A stretch of 64,000 nucleotides of DNA from positions 28,956,001 through 29,020,000 of the forward strand of contig CM119371.1 in NCBI GenBank assembly GCA_051294905.1, given 5' to 3'. Under the pieces are notes generated by a model. The model was not told the DNA's origin. It worked only from the letters and a program-made list of their open reading frames with translations, and ran no database searches. The position numbers and the translations under genes were made by a program. Source of the stretch: Botryllus schlosseri (lineage: Eukaryota). This document shows, in pieces, positions 13,877-27,400 of the stretch (within the stretch, counting starts at the first letter, position 1; every line of letters starts with the position of its first letter).

Positions 13877-15057
13877 GGGTACACGAACACCTTTTATAGA
13901 CAAAGCTTGGGCTGATGTATTTTGATAGTATTAGAAAATAGTCATCAGAAATGGAGAAAGTCAAATATGAACATTTGAGTCAATTGTCAAACTAGAAAAA
14001 AACGGGAAAAAATCGACAATCAAATACGATAAGGTACTAAAAAGTCTCCGTCAAAAGACGAAATCAGTTTCTATAGTGCATTATCTTCCATGGTCTCGAC
14101 TCAAGATATCTATACTAACTATACATAGCAAATCTATGATAATGTTGGGACATAACACGCAAACAGGTAGGTACTAAGGTACTAAGCTACCTTGATAGTT
14201 AGATTAGCCTGACTAGTACGAACTGACAATTTCCCACAATATTCAATATTCATGTACGTGACGAACCGATATCGCTGCTGATCACCAGACGCCGGCCGCC
14301 GCACTGGCCACGCGCTTTTATACCGCTTTTGAAGTGTCGTATCGCATCGCATGCCGACGTCGAATTGGCGACCGGATACTAACACGCCTTCACCACGCCC
14401 ATCAACGACGCATGAAGCAGATTTCTACAAACTAAATACTCTTAGTAAGCATTTTGAAATGCTGAAATTGATTTCAGGTTAAACATATTTTTGTTGTTGT
14501 TCAAAAGTCTATAGGCTCATTTCTGCAACTTATGTTGTATTTTTTTTTATAAGCTATAGCTGCCATTATTTTGTCGGAAAGCATGACACACTCAAACTTA
14601 AAGTAAGAATCAGTGGCGAGATCAAATCACTACCTTCGACTCACAAGTTATCTCGACTGATGGCAAACTTTGACTCGAGTCAAGTCAATAAGTCACTGGA
14701 TTTTTGGAGGAGACTCGAGTCAAGTCGAGTCAAGTCAAGTTACGAGTCAAGTCGCAAGTCAAGTTATGTTTTCGAAGTACGAGGAATGATTACGTCATTG
14801 CATAAGCCATTTATTTTAAATCGAGGACGGAATATAGAATTAAATATACACGCAAAAAGGCGTGTTGTATAGCTCAAGCATGCGTAGAATTGCTAAAATT
14901 ACACCGTCCGTCAATAATTATACGCCAAAATAGAAAATAGAATACGAAACCTCAGATAGTTGAAACGAATTGCTATGATGCACACCCATGCAATTACATA
15001 TTCCATGGAATACAATTTAAACCTGCGCCAATGGTTGACGAGTGATATGAACTATAC

Positions 15058-16596
15058 CAGTGGTCGGGAACCTATGGCTCCCGAGCCATATATGGCTCTT
15101 TTGGGTATAAGATATGGCTCTTTGCCAAATATTTATTTTTGTACTGAATTGATCAATATCGCTGCGACTTGTTAGTCAACTTTCATCACGGCCAAAATAA
15201 CTATTCTCGTGGTAGTATAAACATGTCTTTGAGAGGTAATGACAATGCCGTCTTCCGGTTTAGGGGCTCGGAACCCCTCTCTTCAAAATCATCAAATTTA
15301 AGTTACTGTCACGCCAACCGCCAATATCACTCGCAAATTCCATGCGCTGGTATTGTTTGTAATATACTGGAGCCGAATCTCGACACCTGTTAATTGGCAC
15401 GCTAATGATTAGTTCTCTGATTGTGCCGTTTATTTAGTTGCTTGGCATAACGACTACTCGTGCTGTTAAGAGGTCTCTTCTGTAATAAACGTTTATCGTG
15501 TGGCGACATCGTTTCGTGGTGCAACAGGTAGTACAGGCTCTGTATCCTGGCGTGGTGGCAGCGATGGGATTCGAACCCACGCCCTCGAAATGACTACTGA
15601 CTGGAACCTCCTGGCGATGTACCCGAATCGAAATAATGAATTGTGCGATACGTTGACTCGAAGAGCACAGCAGGCGCCGCCCATTTCAAAACCCAGTTTT
15701 CAAATACAAATTTTCTTCCTGATCTACAGCGCGAAATGAGCCTACCATTCCTACGCACAAATATTTCTGATAATGACCGTGCCGATGGTCTCCTAGGTAA
15801 TAGCTTCACTAATTATAAGTCATTATATGTACCCGCCATTGCAAAGCGAAAACAATATTCTATAATCCATTTCTTAGCGTTACCGAACGAATTGGACAAA
15901 ACCTTCATTTCGCGATGATGATAATTCGACATATTACAGTGGCAGTTTCGCTATCATCAGGCTACTGTTTCATTCAACAAATTGACAACTGGTGGCCTTT
16001 ACCGCGTTTTCGCATTATGATGCAACAGATAACGCCACTTGATTTAAAACTCGGGACACCTCGACTAACCATCGGGCGAAACCTTTCCAGCTTGATGAGT
16101 CGCGATTAGCAGTACAGTATTTAATCACACGATTAGCAATATTCCGGATTTGCTAACTTTATTATCTCCACCTGAGATGCGTCCCAATTAGCAATTTTTA
16201 ATGACATGATTAGCATTCTCCCAGATCAGCTGACTTTATTATCTCCGCCCCTAGATTTTTGGAATCAGTGTGACAGTCACATTCGCTTAATATCAGTTAT
16301 AATAAATTCTAAGCTACTTATACAAGGAATTGCCTTATCCTTTGTGGAGGCTTGGCCCGTCTGCGTCTTTCCCCTCGTTTCGAGCTTTATATTCGAACAA
16401 TAAATACCAGCTTTTACTGAGAAAATGTGGCGCGCACGAGGAATCCCATGTAGTGAGTTAGAATTAGTGCTACCATGACGTCACGAATTTCCAATTGTGA
16501 CGTAACAGTTGATTGACATGTATGGCTCTTTGGGAGTTGAGATGGAAAAAGTAGGGCCAATATGGCTCTTCGGGCAAAAAATGTTCCCGACCACTG
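15058..16596. mobile_element. hAT (Buster/Charlie-like) element nested in 14611-17135
   Basis: TIR cagtggtcgggaac...gttcccgaccactg; TSD aactatac/aattatac. Confidence 0.85.
15553..15608 (-). pseudogene. Retroposed 3' half of mature tRNA-Leu including CCA
   Basis: Minus strand ggttccagtc...ttcgagggcgtgggttcgaatcccatcgctgccACCA matches the tRNA-Leu(NAG) variable arm, T arm and acceptor; flanked by direct repeat tcctggcg (15545-15552, 15609-15616). Confidence 0.75.
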
Positions 16597-17504
16597 AATT
16601 ATACAATCGAATTCAATTCAAATCATACAAGAGGTTTTGGTTACGGTGAGCTTTGGGCGTCCATGACCATTGACCACTAACCAGTCTATAGAACAGAGAT
16701 CGATACTTTGTTATTATATTGCTTTCCTATGAGTTAACGAAAACGTACGCTGCCAACTCCAATCACACCATTGTTTTGCGGTCAATTTATTTGTGATAAA
16801 ACAAAAAGGAGATCCAGTAAAACGTAAAAAATACATTGAATGAATGAAATTGGTCGCTCTCACAGGTCTCACAGGTCGCTTTCACTGGTCAGCGTATTGA
16901 GAACAATCCGAACACATTTAAGATACAGCGATTTTTATCGACACCGATTACTGGATGACTTGAAATTGACTCGTTAATTTTGCTCCGAGTCACGAGTCTA
17001 ACCACATTTTTCAACCGCCGTGTCAAGTCAAGACAAGTCAATTTTGCAAAGTGACTCGAGTCAAGTCAAGTCATACGAAAAACGTGACTCGAATCTGACT
17101 CGAGTGAAGTCATGACGCGAGTCATTCCAACACTGGTAGAATGCGCTTGAAAGAAAAACGCGCGAAGCCCCCAGAATATTTTGGAGTTGGAAGAAATCCT
17201 GCCAATAATATTCCACATTATGTTAATTTATAAAATAATATGCGCAATTAAATGACGTATAATTACACACTGCATCTCGTAGCCCTACGTTGGTGCTTCG
17301 TACCCTCAAAGGGTTCGTGAACCCTGTTTGAGAACCGCTGTTCCATATAAAAAATTGATAGAGCTACTAGCCGATCATCATTAATGATGGAGTTAAGAGA
17401 GTAAATCCACGTACTTCCGTGTTACAGATGGACGCCAGCAAGCGTGCTTTATCAACCAGCTTGGTTCTGTTTTAGCACACTGGTTTAATATGTACTTCAG
17501 CCGC

Positions 17505-17750
17505 GTGGCGAGATAGCGCAGGGGTAAAATTCACGGCTGCGACATCAATGGGATACGGGTTTGAGTCCGACCGAGGTCGACTTCAGAATTCTTACATAAG
17601 TGTTGGATGTTTATCTAGGCTCCTCCTCGTCCGCGTACGTGGTGTATTACAAAAAGCCATGTCGGCAGATACAAAATCAAAAATGCAGAAAGTCGGTCTG
17701 GTGTAAATGACCGTTGTAGTCAACAAAAACCATTAATACCTGAAACAAAC
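17505..17750 (+). mobile_element. tRNA-derived SINE family A
   Basis: gtggcgagatagcgcaggggt...gggtttgagtccgaccgaggtcgac...ctaggctcctcctcg...ggtgtaaatgacc...caaac tail. Confidence 0.8.
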
Positions 17751-18394
17751 GATGTACTTCAGCCAAAATTCTCAGATTTTCAAAGCCATTGGAAAACCTT
17801 CCCAGCAATGTCATATTTACGTAACGCTGATGATAGTTAGTCGCGCGGATAGTCGTAGTCTGGCGAGCCAATTTGTTACGGCGTACTGCAGGCGTCGGCC
17901 ACCCTCGTGGAGATGATTCATTATGGCACGCCAAATGATTTGACGAAAACGGCATATTATAACCATATGTTTGTAGCAAAACATATGTTTTCAAAATGGA
18001 GAAAGGTAAACTACTAAACATATTTGATGAATCGACATGAAACCGAGTCTTTTGGGACAGATTTGAGTTATCTTGAACTTTTTTTTCGAGCTCCTTGCGA
18101 TTTACCGTGACCTAATTTCTTGATTTTGGGAAATTCACAAAAATATATATTTACTGCATCGTATACATCCGTTTGCTTTAGTCTAGGAGCGTGCGCTGCT
18201 GTGCAGTGTGCAGCCTGTCGGACCCGAATATTTCATACGAACCAGCATTTTGGCGCTCGCCATGTTCACGCTAGGAGACACGTTTCGGGAAACATGCGAC
18301 TCCGTGCGCTGTGTGCTTTACCAAAATAATTAGCGGCGATAAATCGTTGAAATATAATAACCGCCGCATGTTGGCCAAAACGTTCGACATTGAT

Positions 18395-18440
18395 ATGTAC
18401 ATTGTACAATGTACATTGTACAATGTACATTGTACATTGT
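18395..18440. repeat. Self-complementary 14-bp tandem repeat (ATGTACATTGTACA)x3
   Basis: Read directly from the sequence; the array is palindromic. Confidence 0.9.
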
Positions 18441-18639
18441 CCAGTCGCCGAAATGACCTGTGCGCCCGCAGCTTGAGCCGCACGTGTCAAATGAGAGCCA
18501 CAGATGAAAATACTGAGTGCCGTGTCGAGATGCGAATTTGGAATTGTGTTCGTCGCACGAAAGGATTTATTGTTTTAGTTCCGTCTGATACGTGTAAGCG
18601 ATTCCAATATATATTCGTCAGATTATATATTTCCATCCA

Positions 18640-18975
18640 AACAAGATACACAATGCGATGTAATGAATGCCGAGGATGCCGAACGACCAGTTGCGGTTGC
18701 AGTAGCGCGGTCTCCTAAACTGGCATCCACACCGCCCTAGTGCCCGATTTCACAGTTGCTTTTTCGATGTACGTCTGCCGCCGCTCTTTCTTGCTATTTC
18801 TATTCCTTGTGAGTGCGCTCTTTCATCGGGTCTTTATCTGAGCTTTTTTTTGTCGCAGTAAGAAAAGCGACGCGGGAAAGAGAAGCCCAGAATAACCTCC
18901 GATGCGGAATCGAGCCCATGGCCCAATGCCGCCTGGGCGGTAGGCGCTTATCGTCACCACTACGATATCTCCCCC
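18640..18975 (-). mobile_element. tRNA-derived SINE family B
   Basis: Minus strand cgtagtggtgacgataagcgcct...gggctcgattcc head; 3' part homologous to 58815-59143 and 43880-44100. Confidence 0.6.
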
Positions 18976-20812
18976 GTTTCTGGCGGCAACGAATGGGGAG
19001 GGGGCTATCTGGAGCAACTACAACCATTAGCGCTATACCGCGATCTTCGGTGCTGTGCAGACAAATCTAGTGACAGACCAACTTAATTGTGATATCAAAC
19101 CGACTTGCATGGCACATTTTTTTTATCATCAGGCCATCTCATCATAGCATCTTTGATGGAGCTCTCACTAAGGCTACCGGCTATGGTACCGAGCACGGTA
19201 GATTTGGAAACGATCGCGGTAACCACAAAATATCGATCATTAGGCGACTAAATTCAAATGAAGCACATATTACGTACATCGGGCGGTATAAGTCTAGCGC
19301 AGTAGCGAGCACATTTTATACCGTTCGCGACCAATACCGTAAGAATCACTGACGTAGCCAATGCCGTTGCCAGCTAGAGATAGGTGGTTGGTGTGATTCC
19401 TGGCTTGAAATGCTAAATATGACAAAATAAAAAAACGGTTGGCACGCCAGATGATATATTGGCACGCTGCAGACAAAAGGTTGCCGGCCCCTGACGTACT
19501 GTGTGCACTGTACACTTGTACAGCCTCATTTTGCCGCCCCCTCGCAGCCTGCCGCCTCTGGCGCAGAGCCAGAACCGCCAAGTGGCTGCTACGGCTCTGC
19601 GTGGAGGAGAGTGTTCGATTTCAATTCCATATTTCCGGATTGAATTGATATCTGGCGCAACTAGCGTTGCAAACGTCCTAAATAAGCACGTATTGACAGG
19701 ATTTCATTCTGTCGAGATAATGTCGTAACGATTGTGCAAATATTTATTTGTACATACTTGAGCGACTCCAGTCTTAGCAACTTGGCGGGTCTATACAGAA
19801 TGACATTGCAACGGCAAGTGTAAACTGGTACGAGGTATAATTTAGAAGTACGAGCAAGTAATATTGCTATAAACTGTTGCAAATCAAGTTGAGTACTAAA
19901 TCCAGGCCCAGGAGAGATATATAAGCTGAGGAACTATCTGATTTTGCGTCTGCGGCGAGAAATGGCGAATGTTTGTCATTCCATGAGGCAGTAGCAGAAG
20001 TCAGGTGGTACTGGCATTGGTAAATAGCATTCAATTATGACGATTGGAAAGCATTCTTCATTGATCATAGGTTTAAAACCTATTTATATTTTATGTATCC
20101 GCAATTCGCTCTTTCGATCACATGGTTATTAGTTATGCATCTTATTCTAGCTAGGCGATTACTTGGTAAAATAGTAATTACACATCAGGGTTCTAGGCTA
20201 ACAATGGCGACGAATGGAGTTTTCGCGTATAAAAAGCGAGTAATCTGTCAGAATCACTGCGAAGTCATTCTTAAACAGTGCAAATTGCACAATGCATAGT
20301 CGACCCATTTCGTATTACAACCTGCTCTTCGATTGCGTCAACTATGATCGCTTTTGCCAGACTACATTACCTCTGTATTGATAAAAGCAGTCATCGCTGT
20401 AGGCCGCGGGCATTCTGATTTTGATAATCATCTCGCTAATGCAGCTTGCTAGACCGACATCCCGTCTTCCAGCGTCTAGTAGCAGAATAAGCAAGTTACA
20501 ATCTGCAACCATTATTTGGAACCCTTGTTACGATTTTTAGGTTGGTAGGCATTTCATCTGTATCCGTCCTATCGATTTCGGTCTCCCAATAATCCACCAG
20601 TCGCTGGCGTACAAAACCTCAGCCGGTTCCAAGTGCGAATAAAGGGGGTTATAGTGTGACAAGAAGGGTACCCTTCACAAAACTCCCGCCAAATCATTTT
20701 GAGGATGACTATGCACTGTGCAGTGGGCAGAGTGTGCACTGTGCGCAATGTGTACTGATTCGCTGTGGTAAATGACACCCCACATAGGGGAGAAAGCGAG
20801 AGATTTTCTGAT

Positions 20813-21100
20813 GTTGTTGCTGGTGTCTGTGGTATTTATGGTGTTTGTCGGTTACAATGGGCAATGGACATTTACACCAGGCCGATATTCTCTGTTTTGA
20901 TTCGGTAGCTGCTGACTTACAGCCACGCCAACTTGGAGGCTATTATAGGGTACCGCTTACGCGCTGATGAGATGGCGAGGAGGACCCTATATAAGCCTCC
21001 AACACTTAGGTAGGAATTCTGGAATTGACCTCTGGCTGACTCGAACCCGATGACCATTGGTGTTGCAGCTGTGGAATACATCACTGCGCTACCTCGCCAC
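20813..21100 (-). mobile_element. tRNA-derived SINE family A, just upstream of the ATL-like gene
   Basis: Minus strand gtggcgaggtagcgcagtga...gggttcgagtc; shared body atttacaccaggccgatatt. Confidence 0.8.
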
Positions 21101-21292
21101 CGATTTTCTGATGCAATAGGTTTCGTTAAGCCGGATATCCTTGACAGAAAAAAAGGCCAGCAAACTGATTTGTGTACCATTATACGCGTCTTAGTATGGG
21201 CATGGGCATTTATTTCACACACGTAGCCTATATCCTCTCTTGATCACAGATGGTAACCTAACGGTAGATTACATTTCGCTATATTTTTAATC

Positions 21293-21440
21293 ATGACTAC
21301 GAATCTGGATAACATATACGTCGACATGAGACCGACAAATAATGGGAAATTCGTTCCTGCGAGCTCGTTACCTTATGATCTTGCTGGAGATATCGATTTT
21401 GACTGGATAAAGCGGCAAATGTCGTCGGAAGACGAACAAG
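21293..21440 (+). CDS. ATL: ATL-like exon 1 (N-terminal extension [12 protein letters not shown]...SEDEQ)
   Basis: ATG, open frame, donor CAAG|GTAGTT in phase 1 matching the phase-1 acceptor of exon 2 (G+AA = Glu). No recognisable homology, so this is the least certain exon. Confidence 0.65.
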
Positions 21441-24400
21441 GTAGTTCACTGATTCATATTATTGCGACAAACATCATGATGTCGAGTTTTAATAGCATAG
21501 GACTGTTTGTAATTCATATACAAATTGGGCTTTCATGAGTTATGTCAGAGTTTCTAAAACTTAACCAATTGGTGTCGTCTGCATTCAACTAAGGGATATT
21601 AAGGAACACCGATCTGCCTTTGGAAATCAAGGCGAGCGTGGCTTCACTGTAATTTCTCGCACAGACTGACTTGCTTATTATGTGATGACTAATTTCGTTT
21701 ATCTTCATTAGATTCAACGATTATTCAATAGAATAATTCTGATTGATGCCGATAGAAGGAGTACCTTTCCAGTTTGAAAATATTTCATTAAATTATACTG
21801 TTACGTGTCTGTTCGGTTGCTTTCCGTGCATTGTATAACTTGATTCTCGTGCCTTCTTTGTTATGACTACAGTATAACCTAGTTACCGGCACAGCTGACG
21901 ACTACCAGCGTTTTGTAACATTATATTTTATATTAGAAGATGCCTAATCGATCGTAATTTGAATATATATTTATAAGCTTGATATTGTGTCACTAAATCT
22001 TTACTCGTGTCTGGGGTCTTAGAGTTGAATATCTTATCCCGCAATCAATATAGTTCTGAAAGCGTTATTTAAGTTTAGTACCGGCACTCCGTCAGTCATC
22101 TATTAAAGCTTCATTAAGTAAACAAATTCTTGGAATATAACTATACATTCAGTGTGCAGCGGCTGATATGAGACGGTGTGCGCCTATTTTCGTTAACAGC
22201 AACCGACCCACGGAGTCAGTCGTTTCCATTGTAAGTTATGGTTAGGCTAAATATTGTTAAAAATATGTTGAGTTACTGACACTTCTCTGCTTTACTTTTC
22301 ATTCAGTGTGCATGCCTCTTCTCTACTTCACCTAGGTCAATGGGGATGTCTGATCTCAAAGACTACTCCAAGTCGTTTCGACACCTTCCTATCCTTTCAT
22401 TGTGTCGCAGTTTTGTGGTGTTTTGAAATGATGAAAATATTATATGAACTGATACTGATACTATGATTGATTGGAATTAATCTATGTCAATTGCTCAAAC
22501 CCACTCTTGAATGAAGCTGTCAAAAATTTTGCAATATATTCGAACCGCGCGTACATTGCAGAAGACAAGTTGGTGCCGATAATAAACACCGTGTCCACAC
22601 CGAGCGGAAACACAATTGAACTCGACGAAGATGCCCTGAAGAGAATCTTTTTACGGCCGGAAGTAGCGAAGTGTCCTGTAATGTTGCTGTCGGTATCGGG
22701 GGCTTTTCGCAAGGGAAAGTCGTTCCTGCTGAATTTCTTCTTACGATACTTACGGAAAAAAGGAGTGAGTGTATCGAATTTATCGAATCGCTTAGCAATA
22801 CGGGTGCAGCATATCAGGTCACGATGGGTTGTCATGAAAGTGCTGAATTTCAGCCCGTTTATTCCAGAAGGGACTGGGAGTCACTGACGGAAAAAATGAT
22901 ACCGGGAATTTGGCATTGTCGCGTAATCGCAATAATATGTTACGATATACCGTAATGAATTTCATTTGCTGGATAAGTTGAACCGTCAAATTTATTTGGC
23001 TACTCCGCGAATAAATTATAGTATTGATAATGTAGGGTTACCATACGTCCTCTTTTAAAAGGATTTGTCCTCTTTTTTGACTTTTTTGAAAGTGTCCTCG
23101 GAGGACGCCCTTTTGTCCTCTTTTTTGAGATTTTGTCGTCTTTTTTGAAAATTTAGGTCATATTTAAAGCAAAATGCGAGTGATATGCCGTAAATTAGCA
23201 CAGAAGTGACGCTCCGGCTAGGCGAAAAGTTGACCTTTATTTTTTTAGTCAACCAGCTAGCAATGTGGAGAGAAAGACGGTATTTTGAGCTCTGAGCGGA
23301 AAGTTGACCTTTTTTTAGTCAAGCACCTAGCAATGTGGAGAGAAAGACGGTATTTTGAGCTCTGAGTGGAAAGTTGACCTTTTTTATTTTAGTCAACCGA
23401 TCACAAAGTGGGCAAAATTCACCGCTTTTTGTGAATTCTCCGGTTTTGCAAGTCTCAAATTTCTGAAAAAGTGTCCTCCTTTTAGATTTCCAAAATATGG
23501 TAAGCCTAGATAATGACATTTACGGATCTTCAATTCTAGAAACACTTTCATTCGCAAACAACCGAATTGGCAAAAGACATACGATGATTGGTAATTTGAA
23601 TATAGTGTCATATATTATTGAATATTGCAGGGGTTCACAGACTGTAGGAACGACCCCCATGGGGAGCGTGAATGCCTCTGAAGGAGGGAGCGAAGCTGAA
23701 AAATATTTTCACGCCCTGCGCGATTTATCTCTAATTCATAGTTATTGATATGTGTATAAGTCCGAATTTCATATTTGAAAATTCCCTCTTCAGCATTCAT
23801 AACCTTCCATGCCTTCAAACATTCCCTGGGGATTACCAGCATTCTGGTTGCATTTTGAGATATGCGATAAGGGTGGGGGGCGCGATATTTTCCACTATCA
23901 TAAAGGGGAGCGTGTCTAAAAAAGTTTGAGAACCACTGCGATAAGGCATAGGTGCCATACATACCGTCCGCGGGCCTCATGCGGCTCGAACGCCGTTTTG
24001 TGCGGCCCGCCAAAGCCTCAAGAAAATATGATTCGTGCTAAAAATGTAATTTCTGTAGCTACTTGGCAATACTTGTTCTTTGTATATTTACCAATGACAA
24101 GTTTTAGTCTCACCATCATGTTAATGCCTGATCTCAAGGCACGCGTATTTTCAAAGTTTTCGGTTGGTGAACATCACAGAAATTCAAAACTGAAATAACT
24201 CAATTCGGATCATGGGTGCGATTTGAAATTGGAAACTCCAGCAATTTTATTACTTTTGTTACTGTATTCGAGACTCCGATTCGCGCGTGTGTTAGGTATA
24301 GATTTGGGTAGAAGTATTTTATATTAATATTGACTATATATTGTCGAAGGGTAGGCTATATTAAAGGCAGCATGGTTATGATGCTGTCAACATTGTCTGT

Positions 24401-27400
24401 CCTGGAGTTAAACCATAAGTAGAATCATCAAATCTTTGAACAGATTGTTCCTCGCAGATTCAAATTTACATACACTTTTGAGGAACGGCACAGTCGCCAT
24501 TCATCATAAATTTTACCAAATTGAGTATTGAGGATGACCACTGACCAGCTCTTGACAAAGTTTCTGACGTGCGTACGTGATCATTACATCATTGTTTGAT
24601 TTGTTTTAAATGTATATAACATATTATACATAGATATCATCTCCATAATTCCTCGGTCCCTATATAATTATATAAAATTATCGCGCTATAGCTACTAATC
24701 CCAATTTGATATAGTGCGAATGAGCTCAGATGTTTAATGCGGCCCGCGAGCTGCTTTATAGCGTCCCTGTGTACTCGATGGGACACATAAACGGTGGAAT
24801 TTTTCATTACAGTACGAAAATCCAAGCTGGCTGGGGGATTCGGATTTAATCGATGGATTTCAATGGAAGGGAGGTAAAAATCCTATGACCCATGGGATTC
24901 TGATATACAACGAGCCTTTCATGGTCAAGGTTGGAAGAGAAGATGTAAGTTTGTGGCATGGGTGAAATAGCATATATTAATGTACACGATGCCTAGCGAC
25001 GACTTTGGCCACATAATGCCACAATGATGAAGTACATAATGACCGGACCGGACAATGTATTCGGCGTCTGAGTATATGGCTACGACGATATTGAGCAGAG
25101 TGTAAAACGGGTTTCTGTACTTGCACCAGATATTACCGCAACATGTTATTCTGCAATAGCCAACCCCCCAGTCGCACGGAGTTGTTTTTTTATGATACAA
25201 TAAATATATGAAATCAAGATTGACCTCGTCAGCCTGCTGGGTTTTTATCATCAGACAACGATGTAGATTTCATTGATTGGTTGAATAAGCATCATTCGCT
25301 GACTACCTACATGTAGAGTATTTCGCTCTTGATGTTGTGTGATTGCGAGTCAAGCTCACGGCAGAGAGTCACTAAATATTCACAAATGGAAAGCTGAATA
25401 TTGCGAGCAAACTTTTGTAACAAAGCAACTTTTGAGATTGTCAACGCGCATGCTCGTTTAGTGTTGATTTTTTTATGTTGCCAGCGTCATGCATAGAGTG
25501 GGCCGCAGTTGATATGCAATAAATTTCAACCAAAGATGTTATAATGAAGTGAAAACTGTTATATATGAAAAAGGTTCACAGTGCGTAACCTACCAACGTT
25601 CGTTTGTGAACGTGAACCTCTAAATTTATGAGGTTCACACACAAAACGGGAACGTGAACCTCACGTTCACACCCTCCCTAGTGTTAACCGGGCAAAAACA
25701 AATATAAATTAGAGTGTTTGAATAATAATTCGCCCACAGTATGCTTGGTATGCCTGTGCTTGATTCCGTTGTCACGCATTTCGACAGCCTTATACTTACA
25801 AAGTTTTTAATTCGGTATTACTTCGGTTAACACTTCCGTTACGTGAGCGTATATACTTTCAGGTTGCTGTATTACTGATGGACACGCAAGGGTTATTCGA
25901 CAACAACTCTGATAAGAAGCTATGTACCCAAATATTTGCGTTTAGTACCCTGCTGAGCTCCGTTCAGGTCTTTAACTTATCACAACAGATTCAGGAAAAC
26001 GATTTGGAATATTTACAGGTATTATAGGTCGTATTGCAATGATGTGATGATGCTTACTCTGAATCGAAGCAAACAGGAAACCTTAAATATGATATTTATA
26101 GACTCAACGGTCACCATGTCCCTTTGACAAATAAAAAGATACTTTATTTACCATGTTGGCTTCGAGTTAAATATAATATGACGCCCCACTGCCTCATTTC
26201 GGAAATCGTGATTTTTCTAGTGGTGTCCTGTCACAGAAACTGTCCAATTATGTTCGTTGTTGATTGAGATCATGTTGTGCTTTGGGTTTCGTAGCCTATG
26301 TTCTATTCGATTTACTGGATTAGCTACTGAGCCAGGAATGGTTTCTCCATTTGAGTCATTACGCACAATTATAACGATACTGGTGTGATAAAGTAAACAT
26401 TTATAAGTGAATACTTTTACCTGAGTGATTTGATTACGAATCTATTAATAAGGCGTGGAGTCGATTATATTCGGGTATCATTAAGCACGTCGTCATAACC
26501 GTATGGACGATTGGTAAAGTTTCTCATACGGATATTTTATGCGGCCGCAAAGAAAATGATGACAGTTACACACCACAGCGAAGATGATTAGGTATTTTTG
26601 ACTTTATGTATTTCGCTGAGCTTGATGTCAATACTGTAGCTCAATCACTATACTCACGGAAATTCCACTAAAAATTTTTCAGTGGCGAAATAGCGCTGTG
26701 ATGAAACCCACAGCTGCAACGCCAATGTTGTAGGAGGTTACTCTAGGCTCCTACTCGCCACCTCATCCGTGTAAGCGGTGTCATATTAAAGCCTAGAAGT
26801 GTGCCGCGCTGCAAGTCGGCAAATACGGGATAGAAAATAAGAAATATAGGCCTGGTGTAAAAGACCAATTGACCATAGTAGTCGACTAACACCATGAATA
26901 CCACAAACAACCGCGTTACCATGTTCCGTATGTCGTGCATGCTCCGATACGACCAAACAGCGATTCCTATAAGCTTCAGAGTGGAAATAACGAATCGCGA
27001 CTAGAATAATGTTATTGTTGATGAAATAACTCGTTTTAAGGGTCGTATAAATTCGGTACTCGAAGAAATCGTTTCTCAATCCTGGACTGATGGAATCATT
27101 AATATACGGTTACCGTATTTTGGGATCCTTAAAGGAGTAGACTTTTTACAAATCATAAAAGTTAGACTACTTTACTAGAAAACTGCTGATTCCCGTCCTA
27201 CACCCGGAAGACCCGCTCGAATATCCACATTACAGATTTCGCGTCATTATGGAGCTTTTAGTTGTTCCTGTACAGTGGCCTGTCTGTCAAAGCTATGAAG
27301 GAGGACGAATTCCCAAAAAGGAGGACATTTTCGATTTCCGGAAAAGGCAGGACAAATCCTCCTAAAGGAGAACGCTATATTATTACAAATGATACTAGAT

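Larger units (their letters stand above)
14611..17135 (+). mobile_element. GACTC/GAGTC-rich hAT-type element with a nested insertion
   Basis: cagtg...cactg ends, GACTCGAGTCAAGTC subterminal arrays, degenerate TSD gtaagaat/gtagaat. Confidence 0.72.

Noticed and set aside
15553..15570. TGGTGGCAGCG as the primer-binding site of an LTR retrotransposon
   Set aside because: No upstream LTR ending in CA and no gag/pol; complementarity extends about 56 nt and is bounded by a direct repeat.
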